This document shows, one piece after another, positions 49,440-61,984 of a stretch of DNA of 64,000 nucleotides (its first letter is position 1; each line of letters starts with the position of its first letter). The DNA lies in NCBI RefSeq assembly GCF_018350175.1, contig NC_058368.1, forward strand, positions 144,586,001 through 144,650,000, written 5' to 3'. Under the pieces are notes generated by a model. That model searched no databases. It had not been told where the DNA came from and saw nothing but the letters and a program-made list of their open reading frames with translations. Made by a program: the position numbers and the translations under genes. The DNA is from Felis catus (Eukaryota).

Positions 49440-50900
49440 GCAGTTGCTTCAAAGTTATCTTTGTCTTAGAGTTCCATCGTTTTTCATTATTTCTGGTGTG
49501 GTTTTCATCGTATTTATCCTGCTTTGGGATTCATTGCAATTCCTGAACCTGAGGATTCATGTCTTCCAACAAGTCTGAAAAATTCTTTTCCTGTATTATC
49601 CTTCTGATTTTTTGCTGGAACTTCTAATTCTTTCCTCCATGTCTTTTAACAACTCTTTTCTGTTTTCTCTCTTTAACTCTTTGTACTGCATTTGAATAAT
49701 TTTCTGAGACCTGTTTTTAAATCTTTTTCCAGTTTATTCTTTGCTTATTTAGTGGGGTCTGTCTAATCAGTGTTTTTCTACCTTTGAGTTTTCAATTTCA
49801 ACTCATCTATTTTTCAACAATAATTAAAAGAATAATTGTATTAACTTGAAGTTTTATGTGGTTCTTGTAAAATCTGACTTAAAAATTTTTTTCTGACTTT
49901 AAAATTTTTTATTCTTTTATCATGTTTTCAGTTCCTACTTTTGTTTTTTTTTAATATTTATTTTTGAGAGAGAGAGAGAGAGGGAAAGAGAGAGAATGAG
50001 CGGGGGAGGGGCAGAGAGAGAGGGAGACACAGAATCTGAAGCAGGCTCCAGGCTCTGAGCTGTCCACACAGAGCCTGACGCGGGGCTCAAACTCATGAAT
50101 TATGAGATCATGACCTGAGCTGAAGTCAGTCGCTCAAATGACTGAGCCACCCAGGTGCCCCTCAGTTCCTACTTGTGTATCTTTAGTCTTTGTAAACACT
50201 TTAATTTTAGGATGTTTAAACTGGATCTGTGTAATAGTTCTGGTACCTGGAATTCTTGGTAGTGGTGGACGGGTAGGGTGGGAGTTCCTCATTCATGTGT
50301 CTACTGATCCTTGTTCATGGTAGATGGTTTGAGTGTTTTGTAATTTTGGACTGTGAGTTTTTCTTCAGGGATTTGGTTAGTGGTGATCCATTACAGGCTG
50401 AGCTTGAGTTTCTGTCCCTCCAGAAAAGTTGTGTGTATACTTTTGTCAAGGATCCCAGGATTAGCACTAGCCTGGGCCACTTTTTAATTTCTCATTTAGA
50501 GGGACAGACCACCCAATGGTGGCTGAATCTGAGCTTCATATCTCCGTGAAGTGGGCCTGTGGCTATCAGTTCTCAGGGAGGCTTTTTTTTCCACACCCCC
50601 ACTGAGATCCAGGCTGAGGCAGGTAAGTTTCTTAACTGTCTCCTTGTGCACTTGGAGCACTTTTCCCCATAGTCCACTCGTTCACAGAGGGGCTGGTCTT
50701 TGGGGAGTTCCAGCTTCATGTGGGGTCTCAGTTCCCATTCTCTCACCCATACTTCCTGAAGGCCCTGAGGCTTCTCCTGAACCACATGGGATTTACAGTC
50801 CAAATCCTGTGTTACCAAGATTGGTAAACTGCTTTCATCTTAGGGAAGCTAGCATCAGTTCAGAGGCTTGGTTCTTGATCTTGGTTTTTTAGATCTCTGT
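49440..50900 (-). mobile_element. Ancient L1/HAL1-like ORF1 and 5' region
   Basis: gtatttatcctgctttgggattcattgcaattcctgaacctgaggattcatgtcttccaacaagtctgaaaaattctt. Boundaries are approximate. Confidence 0.5.
49941..50161 (-). mobile_element. CanSINE
   Basis: 13-bp TSD tcagttcctactt at 49928-49940 and 50162-50174. Confidence 0.95.
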
Positions 50901-51259
50901 GTGTTTGACTCTAGAAAATTCCTTATTAATAACTCAGCTATGCATTTTAAAAGATATTTGTTATATTTTACCCAGAATTTATAAGCTTTTAATAGCAAAC
51001 ATTTTTTTTAAATATATCTTTTCTGCCAAGAGCACATCATCATCATCATCCTCTGACAGTGTCTGCTGTAGGGTTGAAAATGCCTGTCTACATCCAAAGA
51101 GCAGTATCGAAAAGGGGCCTCTGCCCTTGAGAAGTTCATAGATTTTTTTAGTCTAACTCATTTGTAAGCTCTGAGGACTATTCATTTAGTTTTCCACTCA
51201 CTATTCTTTATATGCAAATCATACTCAATAAATACTGAGTAAGTCCTCACTATCCAGGC

Positions 51260-52450
51260 TTTCATTCATCTATTCAGCAGATACACATTGTGTACAGCAT
51301 GGCTATGTGCCAGATATGTGCTCATCATGCTCAGCAAAAATACACCCGATCCCTGACTTCATGGAAGACACCAGTATTGATCAGATAAACTCATAAATAA
51401 ATGTAAAATTGCAACTGTAACAAGTGCCAGAAAGTCAACGTGCTTGGTGCCGTGGGATGTGTAATGTTGATTTGTTCAGCTCAGGCCAGGACAGGCTTAA
51501 TTGGGGAAGTGAAATAAACAAGAGTAGCTTTCACTGAGTACAAAGGAGAGCAATAATTGTGACAGATCCAGAGCGGTATGTGCAAAGCACGTGAAGATGA
51601 AGGACTAAAAGAAGGGTGGTGAGAAAGAAGGGGAAAAGTGAGAAAATATGGTTCCAGAAAAGGCTGAGAGGGAGCTAGGAGTCAAATCATGGAAAACCTG
51701 GTGGGCTATGTTAACTTCTTCTACTTATCACAGGAGCCATGGAAATGCTTTAAACGGGGGTGACCCATCTAATTTGGCCTTTGAAAAGATCTTTCTGACC
51801 TTAGACAAGAGAACAGATTTGAGGAAGCAAGAATGACAAAGGAGATCAGTTGTCAGTAGACCATTGTCAGTAGACCATTGTCAGTAGACCAGATTGAGAG
51901 TTGCTTGGTGCTGAACTTCAATTTTGACTTTGTAGGAAAGAAGATGTGGAAAGATTTGAGATTTACTTAGCAGGTAAAATTACCAGGAAGAAGCAAAGAG
52001 ATGGGCCAGGAACGATTACAAAGTTTCTGGTGTATACATCTGGATGGCTGTTGATGTTCCTTTAATGGAATAGGGAACACTAGATTAGGACAAGGTTTGT
52101 TGGAAAGGCCATGGCTTTTTCTTTCATACCTATTGGGTCTGAGGTTTTTGAAACATCTAAGGGAAAAATATCAAGAAGCAGCTGGATAAATTGATCCAGA
52201 GATGAGAGAAGAGATCTGGGGATATAAATACATGAGTGATTTGCTTATTGGTGTTCATCAGGTGAGCCTTCCAACGGAGAGATGATGGATATCCCTTGGA
52301 TATAGAGACGTGTAGGTTACTGGCGACCTTAACAGGAGCTGCTTTGGTGGTCATATGGGGTGAGAGGCTTGGAGGGGGATGTAGAGAATGTAGAAGAGGA
52401 GGAAATGGAATGAGTAAGTTAGACAACTTTCAAGAAGTTTTCCAGTGAAG
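51260..52450 (-). mobile_element. L2 fragment including the 3' end
   Basis: ttcattcatctattcagcagatac...ctatgtgccagatatgtgct...tttgaaaagatctttctgac...gtagacaactttcaagaagtttt. Confidence 0.75.
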
Positions 52451-52639
52451 TTTTATAAGGCTTTCATCCATTTTTAAAGGAAACATGTCAGTTAATTATG
52501 ATTGGAAGGCAAAATCTTTTAAAACTTAGAGTCAGTAGGAAAAAATTTAAATGATTTCTTGATAGTGAGAAGGTGGCCAAGACAGGGACATAGGCTGGCA
52601 CAAAGGGGAACCAAAGACATTCAACCAACATTGGATTGT

Positions 52640-52880
52640 AGTAACAGCTGATATTTATTTACCTTCCACTATTGTTTCAGGTGCCATTCTAAATGTGTAA
52701 CATGTATTAACTAACTTAATCTCCAGAACAACTCTGTGGTGTGGGTACACTTATTAGCCCATGCAGGACATGAGGAAACAGGTCACCAGAGAGGTGTTGT
52801 AACTTACCAGGGTAACACAACAGGGATTTGAACTCCCAGTCTGGCTGTGAAGTTCATGTTCTTAACCTCTATGCTGTCGT
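52640..52880 (-). mobile_element. MIR
   Basis: ccattctaaatgtgtaacatgtattaactaacttaatctccagaacaactctgtgg...tgaggaaacagg...gggatttgaactccc. Confidence 0.8.
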
Positions 52881-53345
52881 GCTTCTCAATACATGGGTGC
52901 ATAATAAGTATCATCTATGAGCTAAGGTGTGGGCTAATTCATCTACAAATACTGAAAACGTTATTGGTTATATAATGACTTTTGGGCAAAAGTATAAGTT
53001 AATGTTTTCTTAAATGCTTTGTTAAAATTTCCTTGGCTTTATGTTCTAGAACAAGGCAGGCATAGGTGGAAATGTCATTAGATCAGCATTAGTTTTAATC
53101 AGTGGCCGTTAATAAGTGTGTGCACATTATTCATTTAATTGCACCTGTAAAGATGTGGTAGCCTCATAACTGCAGTTATAATAGGTAAGTAAGTGGAATC
53201 CATAACAGTCTGAAGCTGCTTGTACCTGTCTGCGAAGATGTGCCATTTGTGAGTTTCCACTAACCAATGTCCCCAAATAAGTGACCTTCCCCAGATTCCT
53301 GGGGATTGGCTTTAACCACATGTGTGTGTTTATTCTCCTCCTAAG

Positions 53346-53452
53346 GATTCAACAACACTGAGAGAACATGCGACAAAGAGTTTATTATTCGGAGAACAGC
53401 CACCAATCGAGTACTGAATGTCCTCCGTCACTGGGTCTCAAAGCACGCGCAG
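53346..53452 (+). CDS. RASGRF2: RASGRF2 internal coding exon (107 nt, phase 1-0), C-terminal part of the REM region before the CDC25 domain
   Basis: Translates (G)[35 protein letters not shown], containing the RasGEF motif [12 protein letters not shown] acceptor at 53344-53345; donor CAG|GTAATT. Confidence 0.96.
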
Positions 53453-56400
53453 GTAATTTAATGGCATCATTCATTACTTTCAAGGATTTTTCCAAACCAA
53501 CTTTTTAAATTGTTACATATGTAAACTGCTTTCTGAGTCTTTGGAGTTAGGGTCTGAAACGTTGGAATTAGAGCCAAAGGAAAGAAATAGGAGGATATAC
53601 ACACAGATCAAAGGGAACACATGCACATTTGCCAAACGCACACTGTCTCAGATCTGGCGTGACCCAGGAGGCGAAGCAGGGCTCTACGCTTTCCTCATCT
53701 TTTCAGGCCACAGCACCCACCTGTGGGCACTCGAGCCACTGTCCTGTGCCACCCAGGGAGTGCCGTTCATGGGGCCCTCACCATAGGCTGAGCTGTGCCG
53801 CCTGCACCCGGTGCCCCTGGAGGTTAAGCAGCATTCTGGTACCACATACTCTGGTATCTGGTTGGGGAGTATTTTCTCGGCCTGATTTAGGAGATATTTT
53901 GCCCCACGACTTTGATTTTTTGCATCCTAGTATTCTGTTTTTAAATTGCATCATGCTGACAGGACACCTACTTGTTATTTGTGTGTTTTCATTACACGTT
54001 TGTAGAATTGATACCCAATTCGCAATTTCGCAAAATAAAGCAAGGGCCTCCTTTGCTTCATTGGCATGAAACACGCGTTGTGCTTTTCTTCCGCACTGCC
54101 AAATAATGGGAGACCTTGCTGGACACGCGCTTGGCTAGTGCCCTGCAAGGAGAATTTTGAAAAGGCAAAAGGGGACCCTGTGGGGCTCAGATCGGAGCAC
54201 GTTAAACGTATAAAATGTGAATAAAATGCTAATGAATAAAGAAAAAGAGAAGAGAGGAGCCCCCACTTCATATATTCCCTGAGGCTGTCCTGGGTCTGCC
54301 ACATAGCCCTTGGTAATGACAGACTGTGAGATAGGGTCACGAGAGAGCCAGACTCCTGGAATCCCTGTGGTGAGAGAATTCGCTAATTGGGAAAAGTGGG
54401 ATTTGGGCCTCACCATCAGTTAGCCCATGACAGTTCTTAAATGTTAATTGAAATAAAAATGAAGGTAGCACATTCAATATAGCATGTAAAAATTTTACTC
54501 AACACATCTTAAATAAATAGAAATGGATCCCATATCGCTCAAATTCTGAGAACTGCCCTTAGCCCATTGAAATGTTTAGTCTCTTCCTCATAATCTGAGT
54601 GAGCTATTTGTACGTCCCATTTGCCTCATTGCAGATACAGGATAATGAGGTTTCTCCTGTGTCTGACATCCATTCCATTCACTCCTCTCTGGTTTTGGAC
54701 TCGGGGTCCTGACTTCTGATTCCCTGGGCTGTGGTGGCTTCAGAGATGCAGAGTAGCTTTGGTACACAAGGCTTAGCAGATGCTGCTGGGTTGTCTTCCC
54801 TGCTGTGAGTGAAAGCCCAGGTTTACCTGGGTTCAGCTCCCTCCTGTCTGCAAATCTCTCCAAAACCTCTAATCTTGCTTGCCTCTCAGTCTCACCTCCT
54901 TTCTGTCAATCCCCAGTGCCCTCTTTTTCTCCTGACCTGAAATGGAAATCCCTCACAATCCACAGAGGACTCTTATAGTAGCTAGAAAAGAGCCACAAAG
55001 CAGTTTACAGTATGCTGGGCTTACTTTACTTTGGGTGAAGAGAACTCAGATGGAGGAGATGGGTGTATTGAATCCCTTGCTTGTAATAAAGAGATTTGGA
55101 GTAAGGTGTGATCATCTGGCTTGAGAGCTGCATTGTATTTGCATAAATACATATGTACACACAGCCAATATTAGATTGGACAGCACCAAGTCACTGGAAT
55201 GGAAAATGGATTGATGTGAAAGCAAGGGTCTCTTTATTCAGGTTGTGTCCTGGGGCCTTTATCTAATCCAAAAAGCACCCTGTTAGCTGTTGTTTGGAGA
55301 GTTCAGATACTTCACAGCCTATTTATTACTTAAGATGTGCTTGTATGTGGGAAAGCATTTGTGATCAGTTCCGTTTAGGGTGGGCCACACTGGGAATCCC
55401 AGCTTTGTAGACCCTCTACACTGGGGGCATATGTGGATGATACAGATTGCTCAAGTATTCAGTCTTTTGTCCTGACATGATTATTGTATAACATGTGGAC
55501 CCCGATGTGCCAGAGGAAGTTCTTCCCATCCACTCATTTCTCTTTTCTTACCGTCCCTGAATGTGTGAGTGGGTTTGAAGAATCTGTGGTTGGTTTCCAA
55601 TTATCCTGCTATAACTTTAGCATGTGTACATCCTGTACCTTCCTCATTCAAGTGAGTTTTCCATCACTCTCTCTGTGTAAGCACATGATGTTGAGGACAT
55701 TCTGGAACATCTCTGCTTATCTAATTGCTTTAGAGCTTTATTTTATTTTTTATTTTTTTGGCTTCAGTGTCCAGGTTTCTCTTACCCCCTTTACTGATTT
55801 TGGCTGACTGGTGCTCATTCAGGCTTCACAGAGGGTAGTTTGAGAAAGACAGGTGGTCCTGGAGGCCACACTGCGTGCCCACCACCTCCTCTCACCTTTG
55901 GTAGCATAATCTGAGTCAGTTGAATTCAGAGGAGGTATGGAGGATAATCTAGAGAATTGAGTCTGCTACAGAATATTAGATGTCATGTATTTGTTTCCCA
56001 TTTCTCACCAAAAGTGACTAATATTAGCAGATACTACCCCGCACTTAATTCAGGAGAAATAGTCACAGAATTATGAGTGTTGGTTCTCCAGAGAAATAAA
56101 ATTGCCTTCAACTCCTTCCCTGCAATGTGTGCTAGAATGCCATTCTGGAATCTTTTAGCCTTTCCTTTCGTAAGTGTTTAGTAAGGCTAGATTGCTTCTT
56201 TTTTTTTTTTTTTTTTCCTGATTCTAAAAATTTTCCTCTGTTACACATTCTGTGCTACTTTCTCCTCATTGTGTTGTGCTTTTTCACTCACGTGCTGCCT
56301 TTCATGTTGAAAGTGAAGCCAGAAGGCCACTCTGGATTTCTCCCACACGCCTTATCTATGGGTTAACAGAAGTAGCAGCACAGGGTCAGGGGTACGTGTA

Positions 56401-56480
56401 TTCTTCTTCCAGCTCTGCCACCGAATCTTCTGTGGAGGCAGAATTGGTCACTCAGCCTCGCTGGGTGTTAATATCATCAT

Positions 56481-56728
56481 CTTCTTCTTCTTCTTCTTCT
56501 TCTTCTTCTTCTTCTTCTTCTTCTTCTTCTTTAAGTTTTACATTGTTTATTTGAGAGAGACAGAGACAGTGTGAGTGGATGAGGGGCAGAGAGAGGGAGA
56601 GAGAGAGAATCCCAACCAGGCTCTATGCCACCAGCGCAGAGCCCAGTGCAGGGCTTGAATTCAGGAAACCATGAGTCATGACCTGAGCCGAAACCAAGAG
56701 TCCGTTGCTTAACCGACTGAGGCACCCC
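56481..56728 (-). mobile_element. CanSINE with a (CTT)~17 tail, inserted in a MIR (about 56370-56850, +)
   Basis: TSD aatatcatc(atc)ttct at about 56470 and 56729. The MIR continues with tgaaaatgaggacagcc...gtgaggattaaagg. Confidence 0.92.
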
Positions 56729-57145
56729 AATATCATCTTCTGAAAATGAGGACAGCCATCCATCTCTTACCTCCCCCAAGGATCTGGTGAGGATTAAAGG
56801 TGACGTTGAATGAAGAAGCATGAAAGACATAAAGTACACTGTAGGTGGGTGTGACCAAATCCCTTCCAGTTAAGGACAGGAGATGCACATTTCATCCCCC
56901 TCCAAGGAGCTTGTAGTTCCCTGCAGATAGGGCTGTCTCGTTCATCCTGGCATCTCCCTCCTCAGGGCTCTGCAGCTCTGGGCACGTGGGAGATGCCTAG
57001 GAATAGTTGTCAAATCGAGTTTGCATTTTGATGTTGCTGTTGTTCATTCTGTCCAGGAAGGTATTCTTGAGTGTTTAAAATTTTCAAAGTCAGTCAAGAC
57101 AGAGACTAAGGGATGGGAAATCAGAGAGAAAAACTGAGAGAAAGG

Positions 57146-57347
57146 AGGCACCTGGGTGGCTCAGTCAGTTGAGCATCTGGCTCTTGGTTTCTGCTTAGGT
57201 CATGATCTCACAATTTGAGTTTGAGCCCCACATCGGGCTCCATGCTGACGGTGCAGACCCTGCTTGGGATTCTCTCTTTCCCTCTCTTTCTGCTTCTTCC
57301 CTTCTCCCTGTCTCTCTCTCAAAATAAATAAATAAACTTTTAAAAAA
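57146..57347 (+). mobile_element. CanSINE
   Basis: 21-bp TSD agagaaaa(a/t)ctgagagaaagg at 57125-57145 and 57348-57368. Confidence 0.94.
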
Positions 57348-58938
57348 AGAGAAAATCTGAGAGAAAGGGGTGTTTTCATTAAGCGTCCACATGCTTCTCA
57401 AACATCTCCTGCTAGGCGGCCTTAACGTGTCATTTGCACAATTCCAAAGTATCTGCAGGTTCCAGGGCTGTAGTGCTTTTAACCACATGCTTGTGTGACT
57501 GCTTTGTCTTCTGTGCACAGAAGGAGAGGGAGGGACTTCTAGGCTGGCCCTCCAGTTCCTGTCAAAGGCCTGACCTTGTATGTATAATGTATAGCAACTT
57601 TGGTTTTCCTAAACTCTCTTAGTGATCCACTGATTCTGTAAAGATACTCTGTCCAGTTGTTTGAGGAATTTTACAGACCATGGAATGGCATTAATAAAGG
57701 AGCCTGCAACAACATCCATAGGTTACAACCCGCTCCATCAGACTCTGGGTACTGTCTGAGTGACAAGTGGCCAAGAATGAAATAGTCACTCATTTTCTTA
57801 ACTTAAAGGGAATATTTTAAAAGTGTGAGATCAGATAAAATGGCTTACTTACCTAAAAATTTCCTTCCCAAAGGGGTTTATGGAGGGAACGTAGCTACTG
57901 TCTTTCTGATTCCTCACCTCCTTTATTCATTCACTAACAAGAATTGAGACCTGGAGTGTGCTGGACACGGAGTAAATGTGAGTGTTGGAGGATCCAGACA
58001 TTACCTGAGTCAGGGGAGCTGGCCTTAAATCTCCAGTGGAGAGGTCTCCAAAAGTCCCACCAAGTGCCCCACGAGAGGAAGAGTTAGCCACTGTCCATCT
58101 GCCGTATCCAGAGGGAGCCTGGGCCAGGCCCCCCCTGCCCCAGCACGTCAGTCTGCGTGCGTTTCCCTGGAGGTCAGAAGTGAAAGCAAGAAGTGGAGAG
58201 CTGGTAGTGGGAAAGTACAGGAGGCCTCCTAAATAGGCTTCCAGGCTCAGGACAGGCTAGATTAGGACAGGAAGGAAATGTCTTATTCTGGACCGAACCA
58301 CAACTTTAATATATTGGACTGGACATTTTTGATTGAAGAGTTGTTCTTATAACTAAAGGTCCCCGAAGACATTGGTCCCTGCCCAAAACTACACGCAGGG
58401 TGGGGAAGGATGGTCTACAGAGCAGTTTAATATGATCAGTGACAAGCAGTACTGCTGCTTGATGATTTCATCATTGTTTACGGTACAGGAAGTGTAAGTC
58501 ACCTCTGGAGAGCAGTTTCACGGAGTATATCAAAGTGGCACAGCTGTTATGTTTCAGTCCTCTTACATTCATTGTTTGAGGGGCAAAGAGAGCACATTTA
58601 GCTGATGATGAAGAACTCTTCAGCTTATATTTCAGTTTATATGCTTTGTAGCAACTTATTGAGGTATTACATTCTCCACATAAAGGGCACTAAACCTATG
58701 AGTGTGGCTCAGTGACTTTTTACCTTTGTACACACCTTGTAGCACTACCATTCTGAGCACCGAGGGCCCCCTCCCAGTCCATGCCCCTCTTCCTGGGCAT
58801 TGCCAAGTCTTCTGTTAGTTTTAGTATTGTTCTTCTTGATACTAGGTACTTTTTTCTGTATTAAGGGTAAAACCTTTTATCTGCCAATTACACTGATTTC
58901 CCCCAGTTTGCTCCTTTCCTTTTTATTCCCCCCCCCCC

Positions 58939-59066
58939 TTTTTTTTAAGTAGGCTTCATGCCCAGCGTGGAGCCCAGTGCGGGGCTTGAACTCACAGCCC
59001 TGAGATCAAGACCTGAGCTGAGGTCAAGAGTTGGATGCTTAACCGACTGTGCCACCCGGGGGCCCC
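58939..59066 (-). mobile_element. Short CanSINE variant lacking the CT region
   Basis: tttttttaagtaggcttcatgcccagcgtggagccc...gcttaaccgactgtgccacccgggggcccc. Confidence 0.88.
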
Positions 59067-59449
59067 TCTTTTACTTTTAACAATGTGTATGATACTTTTT
59101 ACATATGTACTCGCTTCCCCCCCACCCCTGCCCCCCATAAGAGACTTTATATATACTTTATCATGTAAAAATACTCACATACACAGATACTATGAATCCT
59201 TTTGTTAAAATATATGTTCTGTAACACTTCCTGAACACACTTAACAAATAAATGTAGTTTGGGCTGTAAGACAAGAATTAGCAGCTCTCACTCCTGCACT
59301 TTGTAGTCACTCATAGCAGCTGAGGTGAAAACTTTTATGCCTCCAAATATCCCAGGAGGAGCTGAGCCCGGGGCCGGTGTGTCCATGGAGCATGGATGCC
59401 GGAGCAGAGGGGCCTTCAGAAGCCTGCTGGAGAAGCAGGGGGGATGGTG

Positions 59450-59670
59450 AGGAGCACGGGCTTCAGGGTCAAAGTTATCTGGATTGAAATCCCCGCCCTA
59501 ACGTTCATTAGCTATGTGGCCCAGCTAACTCTTCAGCTCCTCCAGGCCTCCATTTCTCCTTCCACTTAAGTGAGCATGGTATCACCTATTTCTTCTGGTG
59601 ATTGTGAGGATCATGTGAGGTAATGCCTGTTAGAGCATCTGTTATATATGAATGCTCAGAACGTTACAAA
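59450..59670 (+). mobile_element. MIR
   Basis: gagcacgggcttcagggtcaaagttatctggattgaaatccc...gtgattgtgaggatcatgtgaggtaatgcctgt. Confidence 0.75.
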
Positions 59671-59789
59671 TGGCTGCTTCCTGGCAGAGCCCTGGGAGGG
59701 TCTAAACCCAGGCAAAGGTTGTTACCCCTACTTGACCAGTGAAGCAATTAAGTCACAGAGAGGTTTGATCAGTGCTGCCCAGGTGACCT

Positions 59790-59988
59790 TCTTATAATGG
59801 TGGACACATTCTGTGTCTGTAGTGCCAACTACAGTAGTTTCGAGCCACATGAGGCTAACTGAGCCTTGAAATGCAGCCAGGGTGGCTGAAAAATTGCAGT
59901 TTTCACATTTAATTTAATTTAATATTTAATTTAATTTAATATAAATAGAAACACATGACTAATGGCTATGGTATAATTGCACAGTTCT
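59790..59988. mobile_element. MER3-like hAT-Charlie element
   Basis: agccacatgaggctaactgagccttgaaatgcagccag...atttaatttaatttaat...aaatagaaacacatgactaatggcta. Confidence 0.7.
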
Positions 59989-61214
59989 GGACCGCTCAGA
60001 AGTACAGCAGCAAGCCAGACCCAGCTCTCTAATTCCTTCCTCTCTCCTGCAGTGCCCCATTCCTCCAAAACAGGAACCTGTGGATCATCCCCACTTGGCC
60101 CCAGCAGTAGGCCTGCCAAAGAGGGGCACATCTCCATTGGGTTTACGTAGACAAAGCAAAACCTTTGTGTAACATCGGTGTTGGGGCTATAAATCTCAAA
60201 GAAGGTGATGGCTCCTTCCCAGTAAGGGAATGTACCAACGAGCATACTTGCATTTGGGTTTCGAGCCTGCAGCTTCAGGTCAGTGGTCCGGTGGAAACAT
60301 GCCCTGTGGACCAACTGAGGTGGGAAAGTGATTGCTGCTGGCATGGCAGGGACTTCGTGTGTTCAAAGACCTCAGGGATCAGGGTGTCCTAAAATGAGAG
60401 TTTATGTAGTTCGTCTCTTCTGTTAGTTATTCTGACAGATGACAGGGGCCCCTTTTTAAATTTTTAATTTTTTTGGCATTGCTTAGTAAGACACTAAATG
60501 TAGCATCAAATTAGAGCACTAAGTTCAGATTTACTCCTTATTCCAAATCTGAAACTGAGGTTGGGCCAAGGATGAGCATAGTGCAGACTTTCCATGTGGG
60601 CGGGAGAATGAAATGTGTAAGAAAGAGCCAGCTACTAAATAGGCAGCTCCTGTCACCCCAGCTGAAAGCACTGAGGCTGCTTCCAGCCCCATCCTGCCCT
60701 CGGGCTCAGCTCCTCACTGTCGTCCATTCCTGCTCCTGCCAGTCCCATGGGGGACTTCCCCTTCCACACTTGAGGCTCAGTCTCTGCTCTTGAGCTGTGG
60801 ACCTTCTTTTCCACTTACAAGGCCATCTTCAGAGGACAGATGTCTGATCTCTAAGCTCTGTGCTGGAGAAAGAATGCTTCCTGGGCTGCACCACCCTCTG
60901 CATTACGTGGGTGCTTCCTGTCCTCATGCTCCTGAAGATGCCCAGGACTTTACAAGAGCCCTTTCCTAGATCCTTTCCATAGCTTGATCAGATTTCCCAA
61001 TGTCCGCTCCCAGGGAAGATGTGTCGCTGTTGCTGAGCTAGGACAACACAAGCCGTTGCATTCCATAGAAATGATTTTTGAGCCAGCCTGAGGTCTGAGG
61101 CTTAGTTATGGTGCATGGTCTTTTATAGGCAACTTGAAAACATAACCCCTGACTGAGAAGACTGTTTCCTCTACGAGGGTGAATTCTGAATGACACGACT
61201 CCCAATGTTTTAAC

Positions 61215-61470
61215 TATTTAACAAATACTGTATTGCCTACTATTGGGTCAGGCTCTCCTCTAAGCAGTTATTTTCAAATAGTAAGTCATTTACCCTTCAC
61301 CTCAACCTTTTAAGGGAGGCAAGGTAGATATTGTTATTATCCCAGCTTTACAGATGGGGAAATTGAAGCCTAGGGAGATGAAATAATTTGCCTGTGATGA
61401 CACAGATAGCAGGTGGCAGAGTGAGGGTGCACACCCAGGCTGCTGGCTGCCTAGCGCATCCTCTAGCCCC
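61215..61470 (-). mobile_element. MIR
   Basis: gtagatattgttattatcccagctttacagatggggaaattgaagcctagggagatgaaataatttgcctgtgatgacacagatag. Confidence 0.8.
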
Positions 61471-61984
61471 TGATCTCACTGGCCAACTTTTGGGGTGCAG
61501 ACAGCTTGAAATGCAAAACGTACATAGCCATTCCTGACTCAAAACAGTGGGAATATCATATGCTAATACTGACCATGCTTTTTCTATTTCTAAATCATTC
61601 CTTGGAAAAGTTACTTTTGTCCCAGCGTCTATTCTGTAAAGGATTTGTATGGTTTTATGGGGCAGAGGGCTGCCTCCGTGCTGACGACCAAAACAGCACC
61701 TCTTGCATGGAGATGGTGATTTATACGCTCCTGGGCCAGCCTCCCCAGTGCTGGCCGTGGCTGAAACTAGAGCTAGTGCTATCTGTGGTTAAGGGTCAGG
61801 AGACCACAGGCATCCCACCTAACCGTGGATTAGATGCTGCCCCCCTGCCCAGCAGCCCCAAAGTACAGTGAGGCTCCTGCGGCCTGTCTCCTGCCAGTGG
61901 GTGCTGATGGGGGTGCCTGGAATAAAAAGAGAAAATTTAGTTGCTATGTGAGAAGCTGGCAGCTATGAACTATTTCTGTTTAAA

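Larger units (their letters stand above)
1685..53345 (+). other. RASGRF2: RASGRF2 intron, 51,661 nt, GT-AG, phase 1
   Basis: GTGAGT at 1685 and ttattctcctcctaAG ending at 53345. The split codon G|GA gives ...[19 protein letters not shown]..., contiguous in RASGRF2 as I recall it. Confidence 0.92.

Noticed and set aside
53847..53856. atactctggt, matching the 5' end of U5 snRNA
   Set aside because: Only 10 nt match and the rest of U5 is absent.
53629..54416. Cluster of 93-146 aa ORFs after the second exon
   Set aside because: There is no similarity to the next expected RASGRF2 residues (DFELNNELK... as recalled) or to any protein I know.
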